Assembly: GCA_030054115.1 (NCBI GenBank)
Contig: JASGCL010000007.1
Coordinates: forward strand, 1 to 57,073
Length of the DNA: 57,073 bases
Direction: 5' to 3'
Source of the DNA: Hydrotalea sp.
GTDB taxonomy: Bacteria > Pseudomonadota > Alphaproteobacteria > JASGCL01
The notes below the pieces were generated by a model, which saw only the letters and a program-made list of their open reading frames with translations, had not been told where the DNA came from and did no database searches. A program made the position numbers and the translations under genes. Shown piece by piece: positions 37,209 to 45,292 of this stretch. Numbering within the stretch: the stretch's first letter is position 1; every line of letters starts with the position of its first letter.

Positions 37209-39878
37209 CTAAAGCCGCAACAATACTTGCTTTGCGTCGTTCAGCAATTTTTGCTCGCCCTGTAAAATTACCAAGCGGTCGAGCAATTCTTTTTTTATTT
37301 CTTCCTTGGCGCGTTTCATAAATTCGGCGTTATCGGTTTTTTGTTTAGTAACCGCAACATCCTTATCCAATTGCGCCAATTTTTTATCCAACAAATTTTC
37401 CATCTTGGCCATGTCCAAATCATTGGGCAAGCCCATGCTAAAGGTTGCGCCCTGCACCGGTATAGCAATGATGTTTTTATTTTCTGGTTTTTTAATTTCT
37501 TCCAAACTAACCCTTCTCAAACCCGCCAGGGCGATAATCGAATCGGCCCAACTATCTTGTCCGCCCACCGTCACCGGCAAAATAATTTTTTCATCCAACT
37601 GCAACGTGGTGCGAAGCGACCGCGCCCGTTCAACCAATTCTTTAAACCGCCCAACATAATCATGCGCCGAACCATGGTCATATTTATTCTGCCACACCGG
37701 CCAAACTTGATTGCATAAAAAATCTTTATCGCCACTGGCAAAAAAATGCTGATAGATTTCTTCGCTAACAAATGGCATCGTCGCATGCATCGCAATCAAA
37801 ATCTGCCGCAGAACAAATAATAATGTGTCGGCGGTTTCTTGGTAATCGGCACGTTGCTTGTCTTGCAATATCGGCTTGACCATTTCCAAATACCAATCAC
37901 AAAATTCATGCCACACCAAATGATGCAATTCATTGGCGTAATAATCAAACCGATAATCGGCGAGATGTTGCTCGCATTGTTTTATCGCGCGCGCCAATTC
38001 CGCTACCATCCAACCATTGATGGGGTTATTCGTCGTCGGTGCTTCATCACCAACCTTTACCGCGCCAATTTCATCACCCAACAGCAGGCCGCAAAACCGC
38101 GCGCCATTCCACAATTTGGTAACGAAGTTGCGATAGCCACGCACACGCTCCATCGATAATTTAATATCGCGCCCGGGCGATGACAAGGCGGTCAATGAAA
38201 ACCGCACCGCGTCGGCACCAAATTCATTTATCAAATCCAACGGGTCGATGACATTGCCTTTTGATTTCGACATTTTTTGCCCTTTCTCGTCGCGCACCAG
38301 GGCATGCACGTAAACCGTGTCGAACGGAATCTCTTTCATGAAATACAAACCCATCATCACCATGCGCGCCACCCAGAAAAAAATAATATCAAAACCAGTA
38401 ACCAGCAAATTGGTCGGGTAATGTTTTTTTAACATCGGCGTTTCGTCGGGCCAACCCAATGTCGAAAACGGCCACAGGCCAGCTGAAAACCACGTATCCA
38501 GCACGTCATTGTCCTGCGTCAGCTTAGTTTTTTTTCCGTAATGCGCCGCCGCCAAATCCTCAGCACTTGCCAAATCCGCCGCGACAAAAATTTTTCCGTC
38601 ATCGGCGTAATAGGCCGGAATGCGGTGCCCCCACCAAAGTTGCCGCGAAATGCACCATGGCTCGATATTTTCCAACCACCGATAATAATCATTTTCCCAC
38701 GTCTCGGGGATGAATTTTACCTTACCCGATTTCACCACATCGAGTGCCGGCCCGGCCAAAACATCGGCCCTCAAAAACCATTGCTCGGTCAACAGATATT
38801 CCACCGGCACACCACCGCGGTCGCCATAGGGCACGGTGTGGGTTATATCCTCGACCTTTACCAACGCGTCGCCCAAATCCTTCACCATTTCTTTGCGCGC
38901 GGCAAAACGTTCCATGCCGCGATATTTTTCGGGAATATCATCGCTGGCCAGCAAATGACCGGTTTTATCAAAAATCTCAATGATGCCAAGTTTGTGTTTT
39001 TGATATAGCTTAAAATCATTCGGGTCAGATGACGGCGTAACCTTCAACGCGCCCGACCCGGCTGTGCGGTCGACCATTTCATCGGCGATGATAATTAATT
39101 CGCGCCCAGTTATCGGTTGCTTGATATGCTTGCCGATAAATTTTTGGTAACGTTCGTCGTCGGGGTGCACCGCCACCGCCGTGTCGCCCAACAATGTTTC
39201 GGGGCGCGTGGTGGCGATGGTGATGTCGTCGCCGCCGCCAACCAACGGGTAACGAATGTAATATAATTTGCCACGCACCGGTGTCGGCACAACCTCCAAA
39301 TCTGAAATGGCGGTTTCCATTTTTGGGTCCCAATTGACCATGCGCTTTGCCTTGTAAATTAACCCGTCGTTATAAAGTTGCACGAAGGCCTTGGTCACCG
39401 CCTTTGACAAGCCGGCGTCCATCGTGAAACGCTCGCTTTGCCAATCGGGGCTGGCGCCCAGGCGGCGCAATTGTTGGGTTATCATGCCGCCGGATTCTTC
39501 CTTCCACGCCCAGACCCGTTGCAAAAATTTTTCGCGCCCCAATTTATGGCGGTCGGTTTGTTCCAATGCCAATTTTTTTTCGACGACCTGTTGCGTCGCG
39601 ATAGACGCATGGTCGGTGCCGGGTTGCCAATGGGTTTCAAAATTCTTTAACCGGTGATACCGCACCATTATGTCCTGCAATGTGTTGTTCAAGGCATGAC
39701 CCATGTGCAACGACCCGGTAATATTCGGCGGCGGAATCATCACCGTATATGGTTTGGCATCGCTCAATTTTTTCAACGGGTTTTGCGCGCGGAACGCACC
39801 CGCCCCCTCCCACGCGGCGTATATTTTTTGCTCGGCGTTGGCGAAATCAAAATTCTTGTCTAAAATTTTTTTGTCCAT
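37209..39878 (-). CDS. valS: valine--tRNA ligase
   Basis: HIGH-type PPPNITGSLHMGHALN and KMSKS (KMSKSKGN) motifs, with a C-terminal coiled coil. Confidence 0.95.
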   Translation of the reverse strand: MDKKILDKNFDFANAEQKIYAAWEGAGAFRAQNPLKKLSDAKPYTVMIPPPNITGSLHMGHALNNTLQDIMVRYHRLKNFETHWQPGTDHASIATQQVVEKKLALEQTDRHKLGREKFLQRVWAWKEESGGMITQQLRRLGASPDWQSERFTMDAGLSKAVTKAFVQLYNDGLIYKAKRMVNWDPKMETAISDLEVVPTPVRGKLYYIRYPLVGGGDDITIATTRPETLLGDTAVAVHPDDERYQKFIGKHIKQPITGRELIIIADEMVDRTAGSGALKVTPSSDPNDFKLYQKHKLGIIEIFDKTGHLLASDDIPEKYRGMERFAARKEMVKDLGDALVKVEDITHTVPYGDRGGVPVEYLLTEQWFLRADVLAGPALDVVKSGKVKFIPETWENDYYRWLENIEPWCISRQLWWGHRIPAYYADDGKIFVAADLASAEDLAAAHYGKKTKLTQDNDVLDTWFSAGLWPFSTLGWPDETPMLKKHYPTNLLVTGFDIIFFWVARMVMMGLYFMKEIPFDTVYVHALVRDEKGQKMSKSKGNVIDPLDLINEFGADAVRFSLTALSSPGRDIKLSMERVRGYRNFVTKLWNGARFCGLLLGDEIGAVKVGDEAPTTNNPINGWMVAELARAIKQCEQHLADYRFDYYANELHHLVWHEFCDWYLEMVKPILQDKQRADYQETADTLLFVLRQILIAMHATMPFVSEEIYQHFFASGDKDFLCNQVWPVWQNKYDHGSAHDYVGRFKELVERARSLRTTLQLDEKIILPVTVGGQDSWADSIIALAGLRRVSLEEIKKPENKNIIAIPVQGATFSMGLPNDLDMAKMENLLDKKLAQLDKDVAVTKQKTDNAEFMKRAKEEIKKELLDRLVILQGEQKLLNDAKQVLLRL

Positions 39879-39921
39879 ATGTGGTATTGTCTAGCAACTT
39901 TTATTTTGCTAGGCAATCATT

Positions 39922-40812
39922 ATGACGACGGTTGCATTTTTGGGTTTGGGCATTATGGGTGGCAACATGGCGCGCCATGTCGCGGTTAAGGGCAATGCCG
40001 CCGGCATCACCGCCCTGAACATTTACAACCGCACCCCTGACAAGGCTAATAATTTGGCTAAGAGCGTCGCCGCCGAGGTCAGCAACTGCACCATCACCAT
40101 CGCGACGGACGTCGCATCGGCGGTAAAAAACGCCGACATCGTCCTCGCCTGTCTCGGCAATGATTCGTCGGTGCGGGCAATAACCCAGGTCGCCTTCCCC
40201 GCCATGAAATCGGGCGCGTTGTTCGTCGACCACACCACGGCCTCGGCCAGTTTGGCGAAGGATCTCTATGCCACCGCCAAAACCAAAAATTTATTTTTTT
40301 TAGACGCACCAGTTTCCGGCGGCCAAGCCGGCGCTGAAAAGGGGATATTGAGCATCATGGTCGGCGGCGATGAAGATGTTTTCAACCGCGCCCAACCGGT
40401 CATGGCCTGTTACGGCAAAATTATCGAACGCATCGGCGACAGCGGCGCGGGGCAATTGGCCAAGATGGTAAATCAAATCGCCATCGCCGGTTTGTTGCAG
40501 GGGTTATCGGAAGCGATTTTTTTGGGCGAACAATCCGGCATCGACATGACCAAGGTGTTAAAGGTCATCAGCGGTGGCGCGGCGCAAAGTTGGCAAATGG
40601 AAAACCGCGGTGCCACCATGTTAGAACGCAAATTTGATTTTGGTTTCCAGGTCAAATGGATGGTCAAGGATTTGTTGATATGTTTGGCCGAGGCAAAAAA
40701 TTTAAACATCGAATTACCCATAACCAAACAGGTCGAACAATTTTACGAAGAAATAAAATCATCGGGTGGCGAAACATTCGACACCAGCGCGCTCATCACG
40801 CGGCTCAAATAG
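39922..40812 (+). CDS. NAD(P)-dependent beta-hydroxyacid dehydrogenase (3-hydroxyisobutyrate dehydrogenase family)
   Basis: Rossmann motif VAFLGLGIMGGNMA, with the mid-domain DAPVSGGQAGAEKGILSIMVGG. Confidence 0.8.
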   Translation: MTTVAFLGLGIMGGNMARHVAVKGNAAGITALNIYNRTPDKANNLAKSVAAEVSNCTITIATDVASAVKNADIVLACLGNDSSVRAITQVAFPAMKSGALFVDHTTASASLAKDLYATAKTKNLFFLDAPVSGGQAGAEKGILSIMVGGDEDVFNRAQPVMACYGKIIERIGDSGAGQLAKMVNQIAIAGLLQGLSEAIFLGEQSGIDMTKVLKVISGGAAQSWQMENRGATMLERKFDFGFQVKWMVKDLLICLAEAKNLNIELPITKQVEQFYEEIKSSGGETFDTSALITRLK

Positions 40813-40813
40813 C

Positions 40814-41110
40814 AATTTATTGGATAAAAAAATCACTCCGCCAATAAATTTGCCCTACCGCTTCGCTACTTGAGGGCATTAAATTCGCCCTACCGCTTCG
40901 CTACTTGAGCGCGGCCGATAATCGTTGCGAATGGTTTGCGATATTGCTGAACGCAATATCGCTCGCAACGATTTCGAGAATGACGGGTAGAGGGGCGAGC
41001 GGCGCGGGCTTCGAGAATGACGGGTAGAGAGAGTCCGAACGGCGGAGTAAAAAACGACGGGGGATAGTGCGATGCCGTAATGCCTGTCGGCGTGCTTCAG
41101 CGCGCCGACG
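40814..41110. repeat. composite inverted/direct repeat element in the intergenic region downstream of rnpB
   Basis: Components: a 10-bp inverted repeat (40814..40823 / 40841..40850); two copies of GCCCTACCGCTTCGCTACTTGAG (40852..40874 and 40887..40909); a nested palindrome (outer stem 40921..40930 / 40963..40972, inner stem 40938..40947 / 40953..40962); two copies of TTCGAGAATGACGGGTAGAG (40973..40992 and 41010..41029); and a hairpin GTCGGCG/CGCCGAC at about 41086..41110. Confidence 0.6.
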
Positions 41111-41113
41111 GGA

Positions 41114-41493
41114 TAGAATCGTGGCCCATAAGCGGGGTTCTGTATTAGGCGATTATTCATCTGGTGATGGCGTTGCCACCATCATCTTGCGATCAACCCG
41201 GCCATCAACCCTTTCGGAACGGGGGTTATAACGATGACCCTATTTGATCTTGCTTGCCATTTGGTTTGTCTTTGCCCCCGTTATTACTAACGAAGCGGTG
41301 GGCTCTTACCCCACCTTTTCACCCTTACCATTTGCATGGCGGTTATTTTCTGTGACACTTTCACTAACATTGTCGTCGCCAACAACGCCGCCGCCGGTTA
41401 GGCGGAATGGATTCCAAAAATAAAGCCCCGACTTTCCTCAAAAAAAAATATTGTTACCAACGAATTTTTCTGCAATCGCCGGACCACGATTCT
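41114..41493 (-). ncRNA. rnpB: RNase P RNA, bacterial type A
   Basis: The minus strand contains the universally conserved GAGGAAAGTCGGGGC, GGTAAGGGTGAAAAGGTGGGGTAAGAGCCCACCGC and ACAGAACCCCGCTTAT. The P1 helix is AGAATCGTGGTCC (5', 41493..41481) paired with GGGCCACGATTCT (3', 41126..41114). The ends are accurate to a few nt. Confidence 0.88.
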
Positions 41494-41541
41494 GCCCCGA
41501 CATTATGCCAACCGCCGTTTTTTTACAAGGTCAATTTTTTT

Positions 41542-42204
41542 TTAGCGATTTGTAAACCGCAAGCCAAAGGCTTTTTTTAATGTCGCGGTGTCGACCATTG
41601 GGTCATACCCCATGGCCAATAATTGGTCGCGCGCTTTATCATCCGCCATGGTTAAAATATTGCGGTGTGGTGCCATGTCCTGCGCCAAATTTTCCACCAC
41701 CAGCCGTTGCCACGGAAATGTTGCCCCCGGGTCAATTTTGCGGTCGGGCGCAATGTCGCTGTGGCCGACGATGTTTTCCGGCGGCACGGAAAACTTGCCA
41801 CGCCAATGGTGGAGCAAGGCCATCAGGGATTCGATTTGCGCAATCGGGTAATCGGCAAGCTTGCCATTTTTGTCAGGGTAACGCACACCGCCATGTTGCA
41901 ATTCCACCCCCAGCGAATGGGGGTTCAGGTTGCGCGTGCCGCGCCAGTAACTTAAGCCGGCGTGCCAGGCGGTTTTGTCATCGGCAACCAGGCGATAGAT
42001 TTTCCCATCGCTATCTATCACCACGTGACTGCTTACTTTTTTTTGTGGGTCTTGCAAAATGCCAAAGGTTTCAGCCAAATTTTTTGTATCGGTGTAATGA
42101 ATAACAATGAAGCGCGGCGTTGCGTCTGCGCTATCTTCGCCCTTGTTATGTTCGCCTGCGCGCGCGCGCCAATTTGGTGATGGCGCGTCGATAAAATTAA
42201 TCAT
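41542..42204 (-). CDS. N-acetylmuramoyl-L-alanine amidase (AmpD/Amidase_2 family)
   Basis: FIVIHYTDT, AWHAGLSYWRG, SLGVEL and IVGHSDIAPDRKIDPG are present. Confidence 0.85.
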   Translation of the reverse strand: MINFIDAPSPNWRARAGEHNKGEDSADATPRFIVIHYTDTKNLAETFGILQDPQKKVSSHVVIDSDGKIYRLVADDKTAWHAGLSYWRGTRNLNPHSLGVELQHGGVRYPDKNGKLADYPIAQIESLMALLHHWRGKFSVPPENIVGHSDIAPDRKIDPGATFPWQRLVVENLAQDMAPHRNILTMADDKARDQLLAMGYDPMVDTATLKKAFGLRFTNR

Positions 42205-42265
42205 CTATCAAAATAAAAATGCAAAAATAATGACCGATAATTATCGGCGAGCATCGATGGGGGTA

Positions 42266-42763
42266 TTAACCCAAACGCGCCAATTCGCGCCGCATGACTT
42301 CCTTAACGATGGTTTCCAAATTATGGTCAACCCACGTTTTTAAATATGGCCGCACCGATTCGCGCACAATTTGTTCAATGGTAACACCGCCGCGACCCAT
42401 TGCCACGCCAACAACCCCATTGCCCAAACGGCGGTCTTGAATGGCTTGGCGCACTTGGTTGATGGCATCCTCCGACACGGCGCGCGCCCTGTCGCTGACG
42501 ATATTTGAACCATTCAACCATTCGTCGCCGATTAAATCTTGGTCATAATTTTGACCTGAGGCACGTGTGGCGGTGATGATTTCCTTAACGCAGTTATCGG
42601 CGTCGTTATCGGTCGCCCGCGGTTGTGGCATGCGGTCAGAAATATCAATCACCGAATCCATTTCGTTGCCCGGCCCGTCAACCAAGATAATTGGTTTGTC
42701 GTCGCCGATGTAATTTTCTTCTCGCCGGAAATACTGGGGGGCTTGGTTTTTAATATCGGTCAT
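42266..42763 (-). CDS. DUF2497 (PopZ C-terminal domain-like) protein
   Basis: The C-terminus TIEQIVRESVRPYLKTWVDHNLETIVKEVMRRELARL parallels the conserved PopZ/DUF2497 C-terminal helix. The N-terminal part is not conserved. Confidence 0.6.
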   Translation of the reverse strand: MTDIKNQAPQYFRREENYIGDDKPIILVDGPGNEMDSVIDISDRMPQPRATDNDADNCVKEIITATRASGQNYDQDLIGDEWLNGSNIVSDRARAVSEDAINQVRQAIQDRRLGNGVVGVAMGRGGVTIEQIVRESVRPYLKTWVDHNLETIVKEVMRRELARLG

Positions 42764-42883
42764 ATTCGCTTGGCTCCTTTGGCCATTTTTTAACGTGATG
42801 GGTGTTTTTATTTCGTTCTATTCTCGCAATACTTGTCCATTATAAGCAAAAATATAGCCTTTGGCAAGCGGAAAAATAACGGC

Positions 42884-44188
42884 CTACCCCAGCTTAAAAG
42901 CCGCGTGGAGTTTTTGCACCGCGCGCTTGGCGTCTTCCTCCCGCACCAGGACGCTGATTTTGATTTCGCTGGTCGAGATAGCATCAAGGTTGATTTTTTC
43001 ATCCGCCAGGGTATCAAACATGGTTTTGGCAACGCCGGGCGATGACCGCATGCCCACGCCGATGACCGAAACCTTCGCCACCTTATCATCGAACAAAATA
43101 TCGTCGTAACCAATCATCGCCTTATTTTTTTGCAATACATCCAAACCACGCTTTAAATCTTGGCGCGGCAGGGTAAAGGTAATATCGGCAAAATCATCTT
43201 CCTTTTCATGGTGCGACCCCGATTGAATAATCATATCGACGTTGATATTGGCCTCGGCCAAGCGACCAAAAATCGCCGCTGAAACGCCGGGCTTATTTTT
43301 AAGCTTATAAAGCGTTATCTTGGCTTCCTTATCATCCAACGCCACCGCGGTGATAATTTTTTCTTCGATTTTTTTATTCATGTTATCGCGTGCCAAATTT
43401 TTTTCATCCAGCACCATCGTGCCGTTGTTTTTATCGCCTGGTTCTACAAAACTCGACAAAACTTGTAAAGGCATTTTAAATTTCATCGCCAATTCCACCG
43501 AACGCGCATGCAAAACCTTTGACCCAAGCGACGCCATTTCGAGCATTTCCTCGTAGGCGACATTGTCCAATTTTTTTGCATTTGCCACCAACCGCGGGTC
43601 GGCGCGGTAAACACCATCGACGTCGGTGTAAATATCGCACCTTATGGCTTGCAACGCCACCGCCATCGCCACCGCCGATGTGTCGGAACCGCCACGGCCC
43701 AGCGTGGTGATGCGGCCAATGTCATTCGCCCCCTGGAAACCGGTGACCACCGCCACCTCGCCCTTTGCCATCGATTTTTTTATCGCTGTCACATCAATGT
43801 CAGTGATGCGCGCCATGCCATGGTTGTCGTTTGTTTTGACGGCGATTTGAAATCCTTGCCACGAACGCGCCGGCACCCCCATGGCGTTCAGGATAATCGC
43901 CATCAACCCCGCGCTAACATTCTCACCGCTGGCCAACACCGCATCATATTCGGCGGTGATATGCAGGTTCTTGTTATCTTCATCCGCGCTATTGACCAAC
44001 GCAACCAAGCGGTTTGTCTCCCCCGCCATGGCCGAGACGACGACGCAAATGCCGTAACCTTCCGCCGCGCCCGCTTGATAAAAATGCTTGATAATTTTGG
44101 CCGATGCCCTCATGCGGTCGACCCCGGCGACCGAGGTGCCACCGAATTTCATCACCAGGCTGTTTTTGCGGGGGCGTTCTTTTACCAT
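42884..44188 (-). CDS. lysC: aspartate kinase
   Basis: VMKFGGTSV, TLGRGGSDTSAVA and tandem C-terminal ACT domains are present. Confidence 0.92.
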   Translation of the reverse strand: MVKERPRKNSLVMKFGGTSVAGVDRMRASAKIIKHFYQAGAAEGYGICVVVSAMAGETNRLVALVNSADEDNKNLHITAEYDAVLASGENVSAGLMAIILNAMGVPARSWQGFQIAVKTNDNHGMARITDIDVTAIKKSMAKGEVAVVTGFQGANDIGRITTLGRGGSDTSAVAMAVALQAIRCDIYTDVDGVYRADPRLVANAKKLDNVAYEEMLEMASLGSKVLHARSVELAMKFKMPLQVLSSFVEPGDKNNGTMVLDEKNLARDNMNKKIEEKIITAVALDDKEAKITLYKLKNKPGVSAAIFGRLAEANINVDMIIQSGSHHEKEDDFADITFTLPRQDLKRGLDVLQKNKAMIGYDDILFDDKVAKVSVIGVGMRSSPGVAKTMFDTLADEKINLDAISTSEIKISVLVREEDAKRAVQKLHAAFKLG

Positions 44189-44387
44189 TTTTATTTATAA
44201 ATATAGTTGCGATATCAGGACGGAATTATAACAAAATTACAACGCTTTCATCCCATCGCGCAATGCAATGGACGATAAAATAATCAAGCACAAGGCGCGT
44301 GGCATTTCTAGCCACTCTCTCTTGATTATTCAAGCGAATTGTTGCAACAATGGGGGGCTAACCATTAGAAAATACTTAGGAAGACAG

Positions 44388-45239
44388 ATGAGCGAACAGA
44401 TGACAAAAGAAGCAAAAAATCGCACCACCGCCGAACAAGGTAACGAGTCGGCCAATCACGGCAACAGCCGGCGGCAGGATGAGATGAATAAATTCCAAAA
44501 AATGGCCGACCAATGGTGGGACCCCAATGGTGCCTTTCGCCCGCTTCACGAATTAAACCCGGTGCGTGTCGATTACATCTTGGCGCAATGGCGGCAACAT
44601 CAGGAGCAATTAAGCGCACAAAACGATAAGGCCGGCGACAAACCCAACCCCGCCGCCAACCATTCGCTGTCGGGCAAAAAAATTCTGGATGTTGGTTGCG
44701 GCGGTGGATTATTGGCAGTAGCATTAAACAACTTGGGCGGCGATATTACCGCCATCGACGCCGAGGAAACCACCATCGGCGTTGCCCGCGCCCACCAAGA
44801 AAAACATAAATTAAACGACCGATTAACATTTTCGCAGGCCAGCCCCGAGGATCTATTGCAGGATAAAAAAAACATTGCCGCCTTTGACCTGGTGCTGGCG
44901 ATGGAGGTTATCGAACATGTGGCGCACCCCGCCGATTTTGTCGCGACATTAAAAAAATTGGTTAAGCCAAACGGCCTGGTTATTTTTTCGACCATCAACC
45001 GCAACCCGCAATCTTTTTTATTGGCTATCATCGGCGCAGAATATGTGTTGAATCTGTTGCCGCGCGGCACGCACCAATATGAACAATTTGTTCGGCCGGA
45101 GGAGCTGAGTGGTTTTTGCCGCTCTGCCGGCCTGAAGCCCCGCGACGCCACTGGCTTGGTTTACAATCCGTTGCTGAAAACCGCGAAGCTTGCCAAACAT
45201 AACCTCAAGGTTAATTATTTTTTAACCGCCACGCTCTAA
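44388..45239 (+). CDS. ubiG: 3-demethylubiquinone-9 3-O-methyltransferase
   Basis: WWDPNGAFRPLHELNPVRVDYI and ILDVGCGGGLLA are present. I chose ATG 44388 because it has AGGAAG 5 nt upstream. A low-complexity insertion sits before the SAM motif. Confidence 0.85.
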   Translation: MSEQMTKEAKNRTTAEQGNESANHGNSRRQDEMNKFQKMADQWWDPNGAFRPLHELNPVRVDYILAQWRQHQEQLSAQNDKAGDKPNPAANHSLSGKKILDVGCGGGLLAVALNNLGGDITAIDAEETTIGVARAHQEKHKLNDRLTFSQASPEDLLQDKKNIAAFDLVLAMEVIEHVAHPADFVATLKKLVKPNGLVIFSTINRNPQSFLLAIIGAEYVLNLLPRGTHQYEQFVRPEELSGFCRSAGLKPRDATGLVYNPLLKTAKLAKHNLKVNYFLTATL

Positions 45240-45292
45240 AAAAAATAAATAGCAACAGGCTTGCCAGCAAACAAATCATATAACATTAACCG

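Noticed and set aside
40846-41029. Possible CRISPR array (direct repeats with 35-37 nt periodicity)
   Set aside because: There are only two copies of each of two different repeats, arranged symmetrically around a palindrome. There is no repeat-spacer series and no cas genes.
40879-41160. 93-aa ORF on the minus strand
   Set aside because: It spans the intergenic repeat element and the 3' end of RNase P RNA. The region is better explained as non-coding.
43649-44200. 183-aa ORF on the plus strand
   Set aside because: It is antisense to lysC and is an Arg/His-rich shadow frame.
44600-45151. 183-aa ORF on the minus strand
   Set aside because: It is antisense to ubiG.
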